This document shows positions 19,447-20,000 of a stretch of DNA of 20,000 nt, piece by piece (position 1 is the stretch's first letter; each line of letters begins with the position of its first letter). A program made the position numbers and the translations under genes. This DNA is from Saprolegnia diclina VS20 (Eukaryota), in assembly GCF_000281045.1 (NCBI RefSeq), contig NW_008246087.1, positions 504,146 to 524,145 on the forward strand. Direction: 5' to 3'. The notes beneath the pieces are model-generated. The model ran no database searches, was not told where the DNA came from, and saw only the letters and a list, made by a program, of their open reading frames with translations.

Positions 19447-19944
19447 GTGCAAGGTCGTGAAAAAAAGAATCTGCGGAAAGTGCAACCGAGCTTTCCAAAG
19501 CGGAATGTAGGTCGCGAGTGATGGGCTTTATAGTGGACATGCTCTGTCGCTGCCCGTAGGGTCATCATGGACAGAGATGGCAACGATAGAATCAATGGCA
19601 GCAAAGGCGTCGAGCCATCGATGGTCGTAGGACACGCCGTCGCGAAGACGAGAGCCAGCAATGCGCCGGCCCACCGTGCCGAAGACGACCATCGAAGATC
19701 GAACAGAATCGAGAGAACGTTACGAGCAGCAACTTCACAAATCGCCAGATCGTCGGTCAAAGCATGGCTGCGGCGTCAACGAGAGAGGCGTGCTCGTACA
19801 TTTACTCTGCGACCCGCTTGCATTCCTTGCTACCGGTATTAAAACCGGTAGCCAGCCAGCTATTGAGCGGTATCCCGGGTGCTTGAACAACAGTACTCAT
19901 TCATTTTATATAGTGTGCATCCGATTTGTACGTATTTAGTGTGT

Positions 19945-19973
19945 GTCCGAATTTAAAAGCGTCCGAATTTAAA
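19945..19973. repeat. Direct repeat gtccgaatttaaa x2 (16-bp spacing)
   Basis: Copies at 19945-19957 and 19961-19973 in AT-richer sequence at the window edge. Confidence 0.7.
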
Positions 19974-20000
19974 GGTCCTCAAAGTTTCGAAACAAGGACC

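Noticed and set aside
19526..19533. TATAAAG on the minus strand upstream of the last kinase
   Set aside because: TATA boxes are not typical of oomycete promoters and a 7-mer match is weak without TSS data.

Overview
Gene-dense eukaryotic DNA, most consistent with an oomycete (Saprolegniales-like). This is inferred from high GC3, very short GT-AG introns (42-57 nt), an Inr/FPR-like promoter element, a flagellar IFT22 gene and HxDLSLEN kinases. Left to right: (1) the 3' end of a TKL kinase (+); (2) a 15-exon LRR-TM-TKL receptor-like kinase (+) in which each LRR is its own phase-2/phase-2 mini-exon; (3) IFT22/RABL5 (+); (4) a ~1065-aa type I membrane protein with over 20 CxxC Cys-rich repeats (-); (5) a large formin (-) with PDZ-like, GBD/FH3 and FH2 regions; (6) two tandem intronless non-RD CAMK-like kinases (-). 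The most unusual element is the formin: where the polyproline FH1 should lie, it carries at least 7 tandem ~60-aa repeats resembling the C-terminal domain of WASH-complex subunit CCDC53/WASHC3, and a 723-N assembly gap falls inside the array. All gene models were spliced by hand and all domain calls are from motif recognition, not database searches.
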